NCBI GenBank assembly: GCA_020051075.1
Contig: JAGVJP010000107.1
Span: 1-38,795, forward strand
Direction of reading: 5' to 3'
Source of the DNA: Parachlamydiales bacterium
GTDB lineage: Bacteria; Chlamydiota; Chlamydiia; Chlamydiales; Parachlamydiaceae
DNA length: 38,795 nt
The notes under the pieces were generated by a model. That model did not search any database, was not told the DNA's origin, and was given only the letters and a program-made list of their open reading frames with translations. Shown here piece after piece: positions 29,386 through 38,578 of this stretch. The number at the start of each line of letters is the position of its first letter. Position 1 is the first letter of the stretch. The position numbers and the translations under genes were made by a program.

Positions 29386-30216
29386 TTAAATAATATCTGT
29401 AAAAATGCGTTCCATTTTGCGGAAGAAACGAAAACCAACTGCCAGGATACCAGCAGTGACTAAACAAGACAAAGTGAGTGCAAGAGGGAGATCTGGATGA
29501 TAAATCCCAAAGCAACACCAGCGGAATCCTTCAATGATTCCTGCCATAGGATTGAGGAAATAGATCCACCTCCAGGTTTCTGGGATGAGGAAACTGCCGT
29601 AGCCGACAGGAGAAATAAACATTCCAAATTGCACAACAAAAGGGACAATGAAACGGAAATCACGGTAGCGAACGGTTGTGGCTGAGACGAAAAGGCCGGC
29701 TCCTAAGGATAAAAGGAGGCTTAATAGGATGAAAAGAGGAAGGGCTAGTATCGTCAAATGATTCAGATTCCCCGTAATGAGCAACAGCACGAGCAACATC
29801 GCTAGACTGATCAGAAAATCGGTCAATTGGACGATGACTTGGGAAATGGGCAAGATAATACGGGGAAAATAGACCTTGGAAATCATCTGTGAGTTGCCGA
29901 TCAAGCAATTGCTGCAATCGACCAAAGAGGTTGAAAAAAGCTGCCAAGGAAGCATTCCTGCTAATACAAAGAAAGAGTAATTGACATTATCAGAAGGGAG
30001 TTTAGCGACAGAACCGAAAACAAAGGCAAAAATCGCCATGTTTATTAGCGGACGGATGATGGCCCAAATCACTCCTAAGGCAGTTTGTTTATACCGGACA
30101 ACGATATCCCGCCAAGCGAAGAAATAGAAGAGCTCTCGATAGCGGAAAAGGTCTTTAAAATACTCTTTTTCGAGATTGTCCGGGTCGATTAGGATTTCAT
30201 ATTGATTTTTTGTCAT
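29386..30216 (-). CDS. wzm: Polysaccharide ABC exporter permease (Wzm)
   Basis: RDIVVRYKQTALGVIW, KVYFPR, RYRD, LNPM, ERIFTDII. Confidence 0.92.
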   Translation of the reverse strand: MTKNQYEILIDPDNLEKEYFKDLFRYRELFYFFAWRDIVVRYKQTALGVIWAIIRPLINMAIFAFVFGSVAKLPSDNVNYSFFVLAGMLPWQLFSTSLVDCSNCLIGNSQMISKVYFPRIILPISQVIVQLTDFLISLAMLLVLLLITGNLNHLTILALPLFILLSLLLSLGAGLFVSATTVRYRDFRFIVPFVVQFGMFISPVGYGSFLIPETWRWIYFLNPMAGIIEGFRWCCFGIYHPDLPLALTLSCLVTAGILAVGFRFFRKMERIFTDII

Positions 30217-30311
30217 GAATACCTGGTTTTAGTGGAGGATTCTAACACTGTCGACGATAATCTGCAAGAATAGAAAGCCAATCTTGCATATCCTCCTTTT
30301 GTTCCTTTTGC

Positions 30312-31193
30312 TTATCCATTGCGAGAAATCTTGCTATTGATGAAATCGATAAATACGCGGACTTTTGCCGGGATAAAGCGTCGTTGCGGGAAAGCAGTAT
30401 AGAGAGGGATTTCCATTTTGGTGTAAGAACTGAGCAGTTCCACTAATTCGCCCCTGCTTATCAGCTCTCTAACGACATAATCGTGAAGCTTCACAATCCC
30501 CAGGCCTTCTTGGGCTAATTTTAACATTGCCTCAGTGTCGTTTAAACGAAGGTAGGGTTTAAGTGTGACGACATCTTTATTGTCGAAGATGAGCTCGTTG
30601 TCAGGTTTTCGCATAGCATGAGTGATGTAACGGTGTTCGAGAAGATCTTTAGGCTTTTTCGGCGTTCCAAAGTTCTTAAGATAATCAGGAGAGGCACAAA
30701 ATGAATATGAAGTTGTTAAAATACGTTTTTGAATCATATCGCCCGTGGCGGAAATACTCATTCCAATCAGGACATCAATTGACTCAGCGTTGATGTCTGG
30801 CATTCTCTCACCTAGTTCTAAAGTCATTTCTATCTGTGGATAGAGGGAGAGGAACTCTTTTAAATGAGGCACAATATACGAATTTGCAAAATGCCGGCCG
30901 CTAAATACTTTTAAAATCCCGTGCGGAATGACTTTCATGTTAGAAACTAAATCTGAAGCAGCGTCTACTTCCTCGAGGACGCGTTGACATTGTGCACAAT
31001 AATTTTCACCCACCTCGGTGAATTCTAGTTTTCTAGTGGAACGAAGGATCAACTGCAATCCCACTTCTTCCTCCAGACGAGATATTTGTTTGCTTACAGC
31101 AGCAGGTGAAATTTTTAGCTCTCGCGCTGCTGCAGCAAGGCTTCCCAGTGATGAGACTAAAACCAATGTTTTCATCTGTGAGATCTCAACCAT
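30312..31193 (-). CDS. LysR-family transcriptional regulator (CrgA-like)
   Basis: GSLAAAARELKISPAAVSKQISRLEEEVGLQLILRSTR HTH; ASPDYL..GTP; KVRVFIDF. Confidence 0.95.
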   Translation of the reverse strand: MVEISQMKTLVLVSSLGSLAAAARELKISPAAVSKQISRLEEEVGLQLILRSTRKLEFTEVGENYCAQCQRVLEEVDAASDLVSNMKVIPHGILKVFSGRHFANSYIVPHLKEFLSLYPQIEMTLELGERMPDINAESIDVLIGMSISATGDMIQKRILTTSYSFCASPDYLKNFGTPKKPKDLLEHRYITHAMRKPDNELIFDNKDVVTLKPYLRLNDTEAMLKLAQEGLGIVKLHDYVVRELISRGELVELLSSYTKMEIPLYTAFPQRRFIPAKVRVFIDFINSKISRNG

Positions 31194-31203
31194 TATTAAC
31201 CTA

Positions 31204-31242
31204 TTGTTACGATATGATTACATTTAGTCGTATTGTAAACAA
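31204..31242. promoter_or_regulatory. Imperfect inverted repeat between divergent LysR and MFS genes (candidate LysR site)
   Basis: TTGTTACGATATGATTA ... TAGTCGTATTGTAAACAA. Confidence 0.5.
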
Positions 31243-31307
31243 TTTATTATTTATCTACAATAGAGTTAATGAGTGAGTTGGAGTTCAAATTTCATGAGGA
31301 TGATATA

Positions 31308-32522
31308 ATGAATAAACAAATAAAATTATCAGTCGCATTGTTAATTGCTTTAGTGGGATTTCCTCAGATTAGTGAAACGATATACACTCCTGCACTTCCA
31401 AACGTTGCAGCGGGACTATCTGCAAGCGCATACATGGTTGAAGCGACCCTTGCCATTTACTTCTTTGGGTTTGCTCTTGGGGTGAGCCTGTGGGGAGCAC
31501 TGTCCGATCTGTCCGGCCGGCGTATTGCGATGTTCGCGGGGTTAATCATTTATGGAATAGCAACGATAGCTTGCGGAAACGTGGATAGCGTCCAAGCTTT
31601 GTTAGGGTGGCGTTTTCTGCAGGCATTTGGTGCGAGCGTAGGATCGGTGATTACACAGACAATCCTTCGAGATGCTTACAGCGGGGCTGAAAGATCTAAA
31701 TTATTTTCAGTAATGTCTGGCGCCCTGGCTTTTTCTCCTGCTTTAGGCCCTGTTTTAGGTGGATTCATTAGCGAATTCTGGGGGTGGAGGGCAAATTTCA
31801 TCTTCTTAGCTGTCATTGCGATCATCTTATTGATTTGGTCATTTCGCAGTCTTCCTGAAACGCGCCCTGCACAACTCGTTCGCTTGAGTTTAGCTCAAAC
31901 AGGGAGTTTGATGAAGACGATGTTAACATCACGCCTCTTATGGGGTCATGTTCTTCTGATTGCTTCGACAAATGGGATTCTGTTTGGTTTTTATCAAGAA
32001 GCACCCTTTGTTTTTATCGATCAGCTGGGGATGAGACCGAGTTATTATGGTCTTTTGGGAGTTCTTATTGCTGGTGCGACCATTGTTGCTGCGCGGTTTT
32101 CATATCAGCAAAGCGGGTATCTTTCACCAGAGAAGCTCATTGGATTTGGCACATGGTGTGTTCTATTAGGGAGCTTAGTGTTTACAGCGACGGTTTATTT
32201 AGGGTTTTTTAAGTTGAATAGCACCGGAATAGGATTAACCTTCCCAGCGTTATTTGCTATTTTCTTCGGGATGGGCATCATTATTCCGAATAGTTTGAGT
32301 TTTGCCTTAAAGCCCTATCAAATGGCTGCTGGGACGGCAGGTTCAATCTTTGGAGGCTGCTACTATTGCTTGATCGCTGGCTATACTTGGTTGATGAGTA
32401 TCATGCACAATGGAACCGCATTTCCTCTGCCTCTTTATCTCTTAGCCTTGAGCATTGTGATCATCATTGGCTATAGAATGATTAAACAGGCGTTGTGTTA
32501 TGTAGCACCACAGAGCCAGTGA
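31308..32522 (+). CDS. Bcr/CflA-family MFS drug efflux transporter
   Basis: ETIYTPALP, WGALSDLSGRR, RFLQAFGA, PALGPVLGG, LPET; GAGG RBS before ATG 31308. Confidence 0.92.
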   Translation: MNKQIKLSVALLIALVGFPQISETIYTPALPNVAAGLSASAYMVEATLAIYFFGFALGVSLWGALSDLSGRRIAMFAGLIIYGIATIACGNVDSVQALLGWRFLQAFGASVGSVITQTILRDAYSGAERSKLFSVMSGALAFSPALGPVLGGFISEFWGWRANFIFLAVIAIILLIWSFRSLPETRPAQLVRLSLAQTGSLMKTMLTSRLLWGHVLLIASTNGILFGFYQEAPFVFIDQLGMRPSYYGLLGVLIAGATIVAARFSYQQSGYLSPEKLIGFGTWCVLLGSLVFTATVYLGFFKLNSTGIGLTFPALFAIFFGMGIIIPNSLSFALKPYQMAAGTAGSIFGGCYYCLIAGYTWLMSIMHNGTAFPLPLYLLALSIVIIIGYRMIKQALCYVAPQSQ

Positions 32523-32525
32523 TGA

Positions 32526-32559
32526 GATGGGGAGGATTAGGGTGCTCTCCCCATCCTTT
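32526..32559 (+). terminator. Putative intrinsic terminator
   Basis: GATGGGGAG ... CTCCCCATC stem followed by CTTT, just after the MFS stop. Confidence 0.5.
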
Positions 32560-32760
32560 GAAGGATTCCTAGGGTTTTATAAGATATTTAAGTCTTTCGC
32601 TTTGACATATGGCTGAGATGATCAACTTTCTCATCACTTTTCAGTGATCTCATTGGCTCTATGGTGATTTATCCAACAACGTGCATATCCGTTGAGTCTT
32701 ATAGAGAAAACGTATATATTGTAAGGTTCCCCAAGTTGTTTGTGTATATTACAATATTTT

Positions 32761-34068
32761 ATGAAACCTAAAATCACTAATAGACAGTTCTTATCGGCTT
32801 CGATAATCATTTTCTATCTCATCCCACTCCTCTTTTTTTCTTCTTATAGCATTGGTTTGATGCCGCATCAAAAAAGTTGGGCAATCCTTTCTCTTGGTCT
32901 TCTCACAGTCGCTTGCGGGACTCTGACACTCCTCCTTCTCGTCTATTATTGGGAAGAATCAATACAGACTAAACTCAAAGATAAGCAACAGCTTCTCCCT
33001 CTGCCCAAAATCTATGAGCCTGATTATGACAAAGGAGATAAAGTTGCTCAAATCACTTCTCAATTAGATTTTGTTGGAAGCGATGAACAGGATCCCTCTG
33101 ATGAGAACAGTAAATCTGCAGAAAGAAGAAAAGAGGTTTATTTCACCGAAGAGCAGTCGAAGGAGGGGCGGCAAGAAATGGATCGTCTTCAGGAAATGGT
33201 TGCATTGAAAAATGAGGAAATTCAGAAGTTTTCTTTAGAGATAAGGGAACTGCAATTGAAGGTAGATCAAACCACACAGGATTATGCTGATTATCGCCTT
33301 TTTTCTGAGGAGCAGCTGAAGCAGAAGCAAATTCAACTCAGCTCACTCCAGCAAGTTGTCGAAGACCAGCGGTCTGAAATGGAGACAAGACAAGAACAAA
33401 TTCATCAATTAGATACCAAGATCCATGATTTAAGTTATGAAATCAAAACTTTACTTTATCTGAATGATGAAGAAAAACAAGTACTATTTCCTTCTGCCCC
33501 ATCAGCAGAAAGTTTAGTTGAGCAGCCTGAACCTCCTAATGAGCCTATTCAATCCTTGTTTGATCTTCATGAAGAAGATAGCTGCTCAGAAACCCCGATT
33601 AAGACACCAACTGAAGCTGTTCAATTATTAAAAAAATGCATTAACATTGCGCAGAAGCTGACAGGGGTCAACTACTTTGGAAATGAAATCTCCCGCTATC
33701 GCGAGTTGCCCACCTCTTACTATACGATTGATCAGCGCAGGCTTTTTGATAGCCTCCGCATTGAAACAAGGGCGTTAATTTTGGTCTACTCTCAGAAAGA
33801 GCTCAAAGTTCTTTTTGCAAATAATCAATCTAAATCGCTTCTTGGATGGACCCCTGATAAGATCGCTTCTGATTTTTCAACGATTTTCCAAGCCGGACTT
33901 GCCGACTGGAGGAAAATGATCGGTCTTTTATCAACGACGGTAGAAACTCAGGGACACCTTCTAGCTAAGACGAAGTATGGGCAGGAATTGTTGCTGAATT
34001 GCCAATTAGGGGTGATTCCAACAGGGCTATTCCGCCATTATGTCATTGCGATCCTCTATCCCGCCTAA
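32761..34068 (+). CDS. Chlamydial UPF0242 (CT616-like) membrane coiled-coil protein
   Basis: Two N-terminal TMs, long coiled coil (..KIHDLSYEIKTLL), C-terminal PAS-like region (LFANNQSKSLLGW); near rpoD as in Chlamydia. Family assignment is from recall. Confidence 0.65.
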   Translation: MKPKITNRQFLSASIIIFYLIPLLFFSSYSIGLMPHQKSWAILSLGLLTVACGTLTLLLLVYYWEESIQTKLKDKQQLLPLPKIYEPDYDKGDKVAQITSQLDFVGSDEQDPSDENSKSAERRKEVYFTEEQSKEGRQEMDRLQEMVALKNEEIQKFSLEIRELQLKVDQTTQDYADYRLFSEEQLKQKQIQLSSLQQVVEDQRSEMETRQEQIHQLDTKIHDLSYEIKTLLYLNDEEKQVLFPSAPSAESLVEQPEPPNEPIQSLFDLHEEDSCSETPIKTPTEAVQLLKKCINIAQKLTGVNYFGNEISRYRELPTSYYTIDQRRLFDSLRIETRALILVYSQKELKVLFANNQSKSLLGWTPDKIASDFSTIFQAGLADWRKMIGLLSTTVETQGHLLAKTKYGQELLLNCQLGVIPTGLFRHYVIAILYPA

Positions 34069-34101
34069 CACGTTGTATTCAAAAAATACACTACGACGCC
34101 C

Positions 34102-34208
34102 CTTTGCGTTTTCGAGTCTTTGAGCCTTTGCGTTTAATAAAAGCTGAGATCAATTCTGCACTCACAGATACTTTTATACTCACATTTTGAGTTTTCGTCT
34201 TGCGTTTA
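34102..34208. repeat. CGCAAAG-family repeat, copy 2 (single arm)
   Basis: CTTTGCGTTTAATAAAAGCTGAGATCAATTCTGCACTCACAGAT..CTCACAT aligns with the reverse complement of ~27865-27924. Confidence 0.78.
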
Positions 34209-34223
34209 AGAAAGTTGTGGTGT

Positions 34224-35081
34224 TCATCGACAGCTTTTTTCAAGGAGGAATCGAAAAAATATCTGCCAGGGTCTAATGAATAGGTAGTTCCAAATCAGAT
34301 AGAGGCTTTGTCTCCATGAAGGAGCTTTAGCCTCGATGAAATAACGATTTTCCCTCATTTTGGCCTCTCGCATGTATGTGGAATCCGCTTGTTCTAAATA
34401 GGAGTGTTTAATATCCCCTTTGAAAACGACCCTCCATGTGGCTTCTCTCTTTTTAAGAACATGCAAAGGGAGATTCTCAGCTTTTTCTTGATTCAAATAG
34501 GGTTGAGAGAGGTCAACAGCAAGTGGAGTCATCTGCTCTTTCCTGAAAATCCCATCATGGATATCAAATTGGTCGTAGATGATGCCATGTCCTTCGCGAT
34601 TCATATCTGTAAAATAATGGCAGGAGGTCCGGAGGGCAATTTCAGCCGCGGTGAGGCGAGGTTGATTAAAGCGCTGGTCATGCAAAATCCACACAGGAGA
34701 CCACCCGATCTGCTGATAATCTTGATTTCGTTTCAGGACTTCATCTGAAGTAATCGGAGAACATTGGATCTCAAAAATAATTTTTTTTGATTTCCATGCC
34801 ACATCAGCGATTCTTTGAATCATCGGAAAGCGGTATTCGAGGAAGCAATCGCCTATCGGCAGAAGATCGAACAGGTATGATTGCAGCTGGAGATGGATTT
34901 CTCCTTTCTGATGTTGCCGACATTCGATGACAGGTTCCAAATGATAAAAGTGAGGCTGGCGATGAAGGCCTGCACGTAAACGGACGGTTGCGCGGCATTC
35001 CAAACAGAGATAATTTTTTTTCTTTTCGGCCTGTGAGGCTCGGATCGGTTGGTTGTTTGAGTCAAGGGCGAAGAGTTGCAT
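34224..35081 (-). CDS. coiA: CoiA-like competence/nuclease family protein
   Basis: N-terminal CLEC..HFYH zinc motif, then RIADV..IFEIQCS..RNQDY..W PD-(D/E)XK-like core. Confidence 0.8.
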   Translation of the reverse strand: MQLFALDSNNQPIRASQAEKKKNYLCLECRATVRLRAGLHRQPHFYHLEPVIECRQHQKGEIHLQLQSYLFDLLPIGDCFLEYRFPMIQRIADVAWKSKKIIFEIQCSPITSDEVLKRNQDYQQIGWSPVWILHDQRFNQPRLTAAEIALRTSCHYFTDMNREGHGIIYDQFDIHDGIFRKEQMTPLAVDLSQPYLNQEKAENLPLHVLKKREATWRVVFKGDIKHSYLEQADSTYMREAKMRENRYFIEAKAPSWRQSLYLIWNYLFIRPWQIFFRFLLEKSCR

Positions 35082-35158
35082 GTTAATTCTTCTGAGATAA
35101 ATCTACTTGTGATATATTTCGATCTTCATTATTTATAGAGAGGCGATATAGGAATTCA

Positions 35159-35323
35159 AGTTTCTAATTGCATAAATTCGTAGTCATTTGGCTGTGTCAA
35201 AGCCTCGGGGTTCGCCGATCATAAATGGGGTAGTATTAAACCAATACAATCCCATTTATGATCGGCGAACCGCGAGAGCTTTCACACTAGCCAAATGACC
35301 ATGAATTTGTGCAATTAGACACT
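35159..35323. repeat. ~165 bp near-perfect palindrome (MITE-like)
   Basis: ~79 bp arms around loop AAACC, including the perfectly paired core GGTTCGCCGATCATAAATGGG/CCCATTTATGATCGGCGAACC. Confidence 0.92.
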
Positions 35324-35365
35324 AGACCTATTATTGTAAATCTTTCTTGACTTTGCAAGGATTTC

Positions 35366-37030
35366 ATGAATAAAACAAATCACAAAAATGCTTTTGCTCA
35401 ACAACATCAGCAAAAAATCGACGAATTAGTCGCCATTTCCAAGGAACAGGGGTTCATCACTTACGAGGAGATCAATGAAATTCTCCCGATGTCATTTGAC
35501 TCGCCCGATCAAATCGACCAGGTTCTGATCTATCTGACAGGAATGGATATTCAGATCTTGAACCAGTCTGAGGTTGAACGGCAGAAGGAAAGAAAAAAAG
35601 AAGCAAAAGAGTTAGAAAGTCTCCCTAAACGCTCTGAAGGTTCTCCCGACGACCCCGTTCGAATGTATTTGAAGGAGATGGGTTCCGTGCCCCTCCTGAG
35701 CCGTGAAGAAGAGGTTGAAATCTCTAAACGTATTGAAAAAGCGCAAGTGCAAATTGAGCGGATTATCATGCGTTTCCGCTATGCTAATGCTGAAGCTTTC
35801 TCCATTGCTAACTTCCTCTTGACGGGAAAAGAACGGTTTGACAAATGCATCACAGAGAAGGAGGTACTCAATAAACAAGAGTTTATGCATTACCTCCCTA
35901 AGCTTTGCCAGCTCCTCAAAGAAGAAGATGCTATTTTAGAACAGCAGTTAATTAAAAATGACGACCTCCAACTCAAAAAAAATGATAAGCTTAAACTTGC
36001 TGAAGATATTGAAAAGTGCCGGATCCGCACTCAGTCATATCTTAGGCGGCTTCACCTCCGACATAATATTATCGATGATTTTGTCGAAGTTATCCTCCGA
36101 TCTTATGACAGGTTCCTCTTCTTAGAAAAAGAAATCCAAGAGTTAACCCCTCGTGCGGAAAGAAATAAATTTGCTGCTGCAAAACTGATGGCCGCTAAGC
36201 GAAAACTTAAGAAAAAAGAATTTGCTGCTGGCCGGACGTTAGATGACTTCAAGAAAGATGTCAAAATGCTTCAGCGGTGGATGGATAAAAGCCAAGAAGC
36301 AAAGCGAGAGATGGTTGAATCGAATTTGCGCCTTGTCATCTCCATAGCGAAAAAATATACCAATCGGGGACTGTCTTTCTTAGATTTGATTCAAGAAGGA
36401 AACATGGGGTTGATGAAAGCCGTCGAGAAATTTGAGTATCGACGAGGATATAAGTTTTCTACTTACGCCACGTGGTGGATTCGTCAGGCTGTGACAAGAG
36501 CGATTGCTGATCAGGCTCGAACGATCAGAATTCCAGTGCACATGATTGAAACGATCAATAAAGTGCTCCGCGGTGCAAAAAAACTGATGATGGAGACAGG
36601 CCGCGAACCCAGCCCTGAAGAATTAGCTAAAGAACTGGGGATTACCTCGGAGCGTGTGCGGGAGATCTATAAGATCGCGCAACATCCGATCTCATTGCAA
36701 GCTGAAGTGGGTGATGGAGGGGAAAGCCAATTTGGCGACTTCTTAGAAGATACTGGTGCTGACTCACCTGCTGAAGCCACTGGATACTCGATTCTTAAAG
36801 ATAAGATGGGAGAAGTCCTGTCGACGTTGAGCGACAGGGAAAGAAAAGTGCTCATTCAACGCTTTGGTTTGCTTGACGGCAAGCCCAAAACTTTGGAAGA
36901 AGTCGGAGTTGAATTTAATGTGACGCGGGAAAGGATCCGTCAGATTGAAGCCAAAGCATTGCGTAAGATGCGGCATCCAACCCGGTCAAAGCAGCTTAAA
37001 GCCTTCTTAGATCTACTAGAAGCAGAATGA
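35366..37030 (+). CDS. rpoD: RNA polymerase primary sigma factor (sigma66)
   Basis: Region 1.1 [75 protein letters not shown]. Confidence 0.98.
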   Translation: MNKTNHKNAFAQQHQQKIDELVAISKEQGFITYEEINEILPMSFDSPDQIDQVLIYLTGMDIQILNQSEVERQKERKKEAKELESLPKRSEGSPDDPVRMYLKEMGSVPLLSREEEVEISKRIEKAQVQIERIIMRFRYANAEAFSIANFLLTGKERFDKCITEKEVLNKQEFMHYLPKLCQLLKEEDAILEQQLIKNDDLQLKKNDKLKLAEDIEKCRIRTQSYLRRLHLRHNIIDDFVEVILRSYDRFLFLEKEIQELTPRAERNKFAAAKLMAAKRKLKKKEFAAGRTLDDFKKDVKMLQRWMDKSQEAKREMVESNLRLVISIAKKYTNRGLSFLDLIQEGNMGLMKAVEKFEYRRGYKFSTYATWWIRQAVTRAIADQARTIRIPVHMIETINKVLRGAKKLMMETGREPSPEELAKELGITSERVREIYKIAQHPISLQAEVGDGGESQFGDFLEDTGADSPAEATGYSILKDKMGEVLSTLSDRERKVLIQRFGLLDGKPKTLEEVGVEFNVTRERIRQIEAKALRKMRHPTRSKQLKAFLDLLEAE

Positions 37031-37049
37031 CGGAGTTTAAGCCAGACGA

Positions 37050-38402
37050 ATGATGGATCATATAGCCCTTGTTAGAGAGGTTGGGGAGAGGTTTCGGAAT
37101 CCTGCATTCGTCAAGGAGACCGTCCTTGACCCTCTTAATGTCAATCCCGATCCTCTTTATGAGCTGCATCCTCCCTATTGGTCCGATCTCGCTCTTGCTG
37201 CGGGGTTTCCTGGAGTTATCGTTCTCCTCTCACAACTTGATAAACTCTTTCCCGATGAGAGATGGGACGAAGCTGTCCACGCTCATGTGATGAAGGTTAA
37301 AGAAACTCTTGAAAGCAGTTCGAGCGGTTGGCTGCCTTCGTCGATATTCTCAGGATTAGCAGGCATCTGTTTTTCCCTGCAAGAAGCCTCGAGAGAGGGG
37401 ACGAGATATCAGAAATTTATCACAACGTTGAATACCATCCTGTCGGATAGGTTAAAGAAGCACTATCTGGAGCCTTTGTCAGAAACGCTGAAACATGCCC
37501 AATCGCCTTCTCCTGTTTTCTATGAGTTGATACAAGGGATTTCAGGTGTGGGGCTCTATTGCCTAAGAAATCTTCACCACCCGATTTTCTTCGACATGAC
37601 CCAGCAGATCATTGCATTATTGATCGCCCTAATGCAGCCAAAGCATATTGCCGGGGCAGAAGTTCCCGGATGGTATGTGCCCCCAGAGCATCTCTTTACA
37701 GATCAAGACAAAGCCTCATATCCGAAAGGCAACTTCAATCTCGGACTTTCTCATGGAATCACGGGCGTCGTTGCATTTTTATCTGTTGCCCTTGAGAATG
37801 AAATCGTTGCAGAAGGTCAAGTGGAAGCGATTCAACAAGGCGTAGCATGGATTCAAAAACATCGCCGCCTGCATACCGATAGATTTTTTTGGCCCTCTTT
37901 CATCTCTTTAGATGAGGAGATAGGAGGGAGTCATCTGCCATCCGCTCCCGGAAGAGATGCCTGGTGCTACGGGACTCCGAGTGTGTCCCGTTCTCTTTAT
38001 CTTGCTGGAAAGGCCTTACAGGATGATGCTTTGAAGAATTATGCCCTTGAGTCTTACCACTCTATTTTTCTTAGCAGTCCAGCAGAATGGAATATCCCCA
38101 GTCCGACAATGTGCCATGGTCTTGGGGGATTGCTGATGATGACCCATCTAATGGCACATGAGAGCGGTTCTCTCCTATTACAGGAGCAGACACATCGCCT
38201 CGAGGGGATGATCATAGATTGTTATCGCCCTGAATACCCCTTTGGATTTGTCGATTTAGAGCCGCAGAAAAGTGGAGGCCATGCGAAGATCCACAAAGCT
38301 GGGCTACTAGAAGGAGCTGCTGGAGTGTTACTCGCCCTTCTCTCGACGCAAAGCCCATCCTCCACGTCGTGGAGACTCCCTTTCCTCGTTTGCAATAGAT
38401 AA
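37050..38402 (+). CDS. Lanthionine synthetase C (LanC)-like cyclase
   Basis: YELIQGISG, GLSHGITG, AWCYG, MCHG (Cys/Cys/His zinc ligands), GLLEGAAG; GGAG RBS; starts 19 bp after rpoD. Confidence 0.9.
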   Translation: MMDHIALVREVGERFRNPAFVKETVLDPLNVNPDPLYELHPPYWSDLALAAGFPGVIVLLSQLDKLFPDERWDEAVHAHVMKVKETLESSSSGWLPSSIFSGLAGICFSLQEASREGTRYQKFITTLNTILSDRLKKHYLEPLSETLKHAQSPSPVFYELIQGISGVGLYCLRNLHHPIFFDMTQQIIALLIALMQPKHIAGAEVPGWYVPPEHLFTDQDKASYPKGNFNLGLSHGITGVVAFLSVALENEIVAEGQVEAIQQGVAWIQKHRRLHTDRFFWPSFISLDEEIGGSHLPSAPGRDAWCYGTPSVSRSLYLAGKALQDDALKNYALESYHSIFLSSPAEWNIPSPTMCHGLGGLLMMTHLMAHESGSLLLQEQTHRLEGMIIDCYRPEYPFGFVDLEPQKSGGHAKIHKAGLLEGAAGVLLALLSTQSPSSTSWRLPFLVCNR

Positions 38403-38499
38403 AACAGGGACGGGATAGGCAACGTTGCAACCTCCCAGCACAGAATAAACAGGATGGAAAGGATAGGAATGATAGCTCAGGATTGCGGAAGCCCTCCTC
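38402..38499. repeat. CAGGAT-family repeat, copy 4 (degenerate)
   Basis: Tandem ACAGG/GGATAGG units and the CTCAGGATTGCGGAAGCCCTCCTC tail shared with 26366-26389. Confidence 0.62.
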
Positions 38500-38578
38500 A
38501 TACATTATGCTAACATCAAGTCATATGTAAATTACTTAATTCTAATAAGTTAAATGCAAATGTAAATTTTCTGTTTCC

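Noticed and set aside
3695..38505. Numerous short antisense or overlapping ORFs within long genes
   Set aside because: They lie inside well-supported CDSs and have no motifs or independent expression signals.
38507..38530. Tiny ORF MLTSSHM as a lanthipeptide precursor
   Set aside because: Seven codons, no cysteine and no leader.
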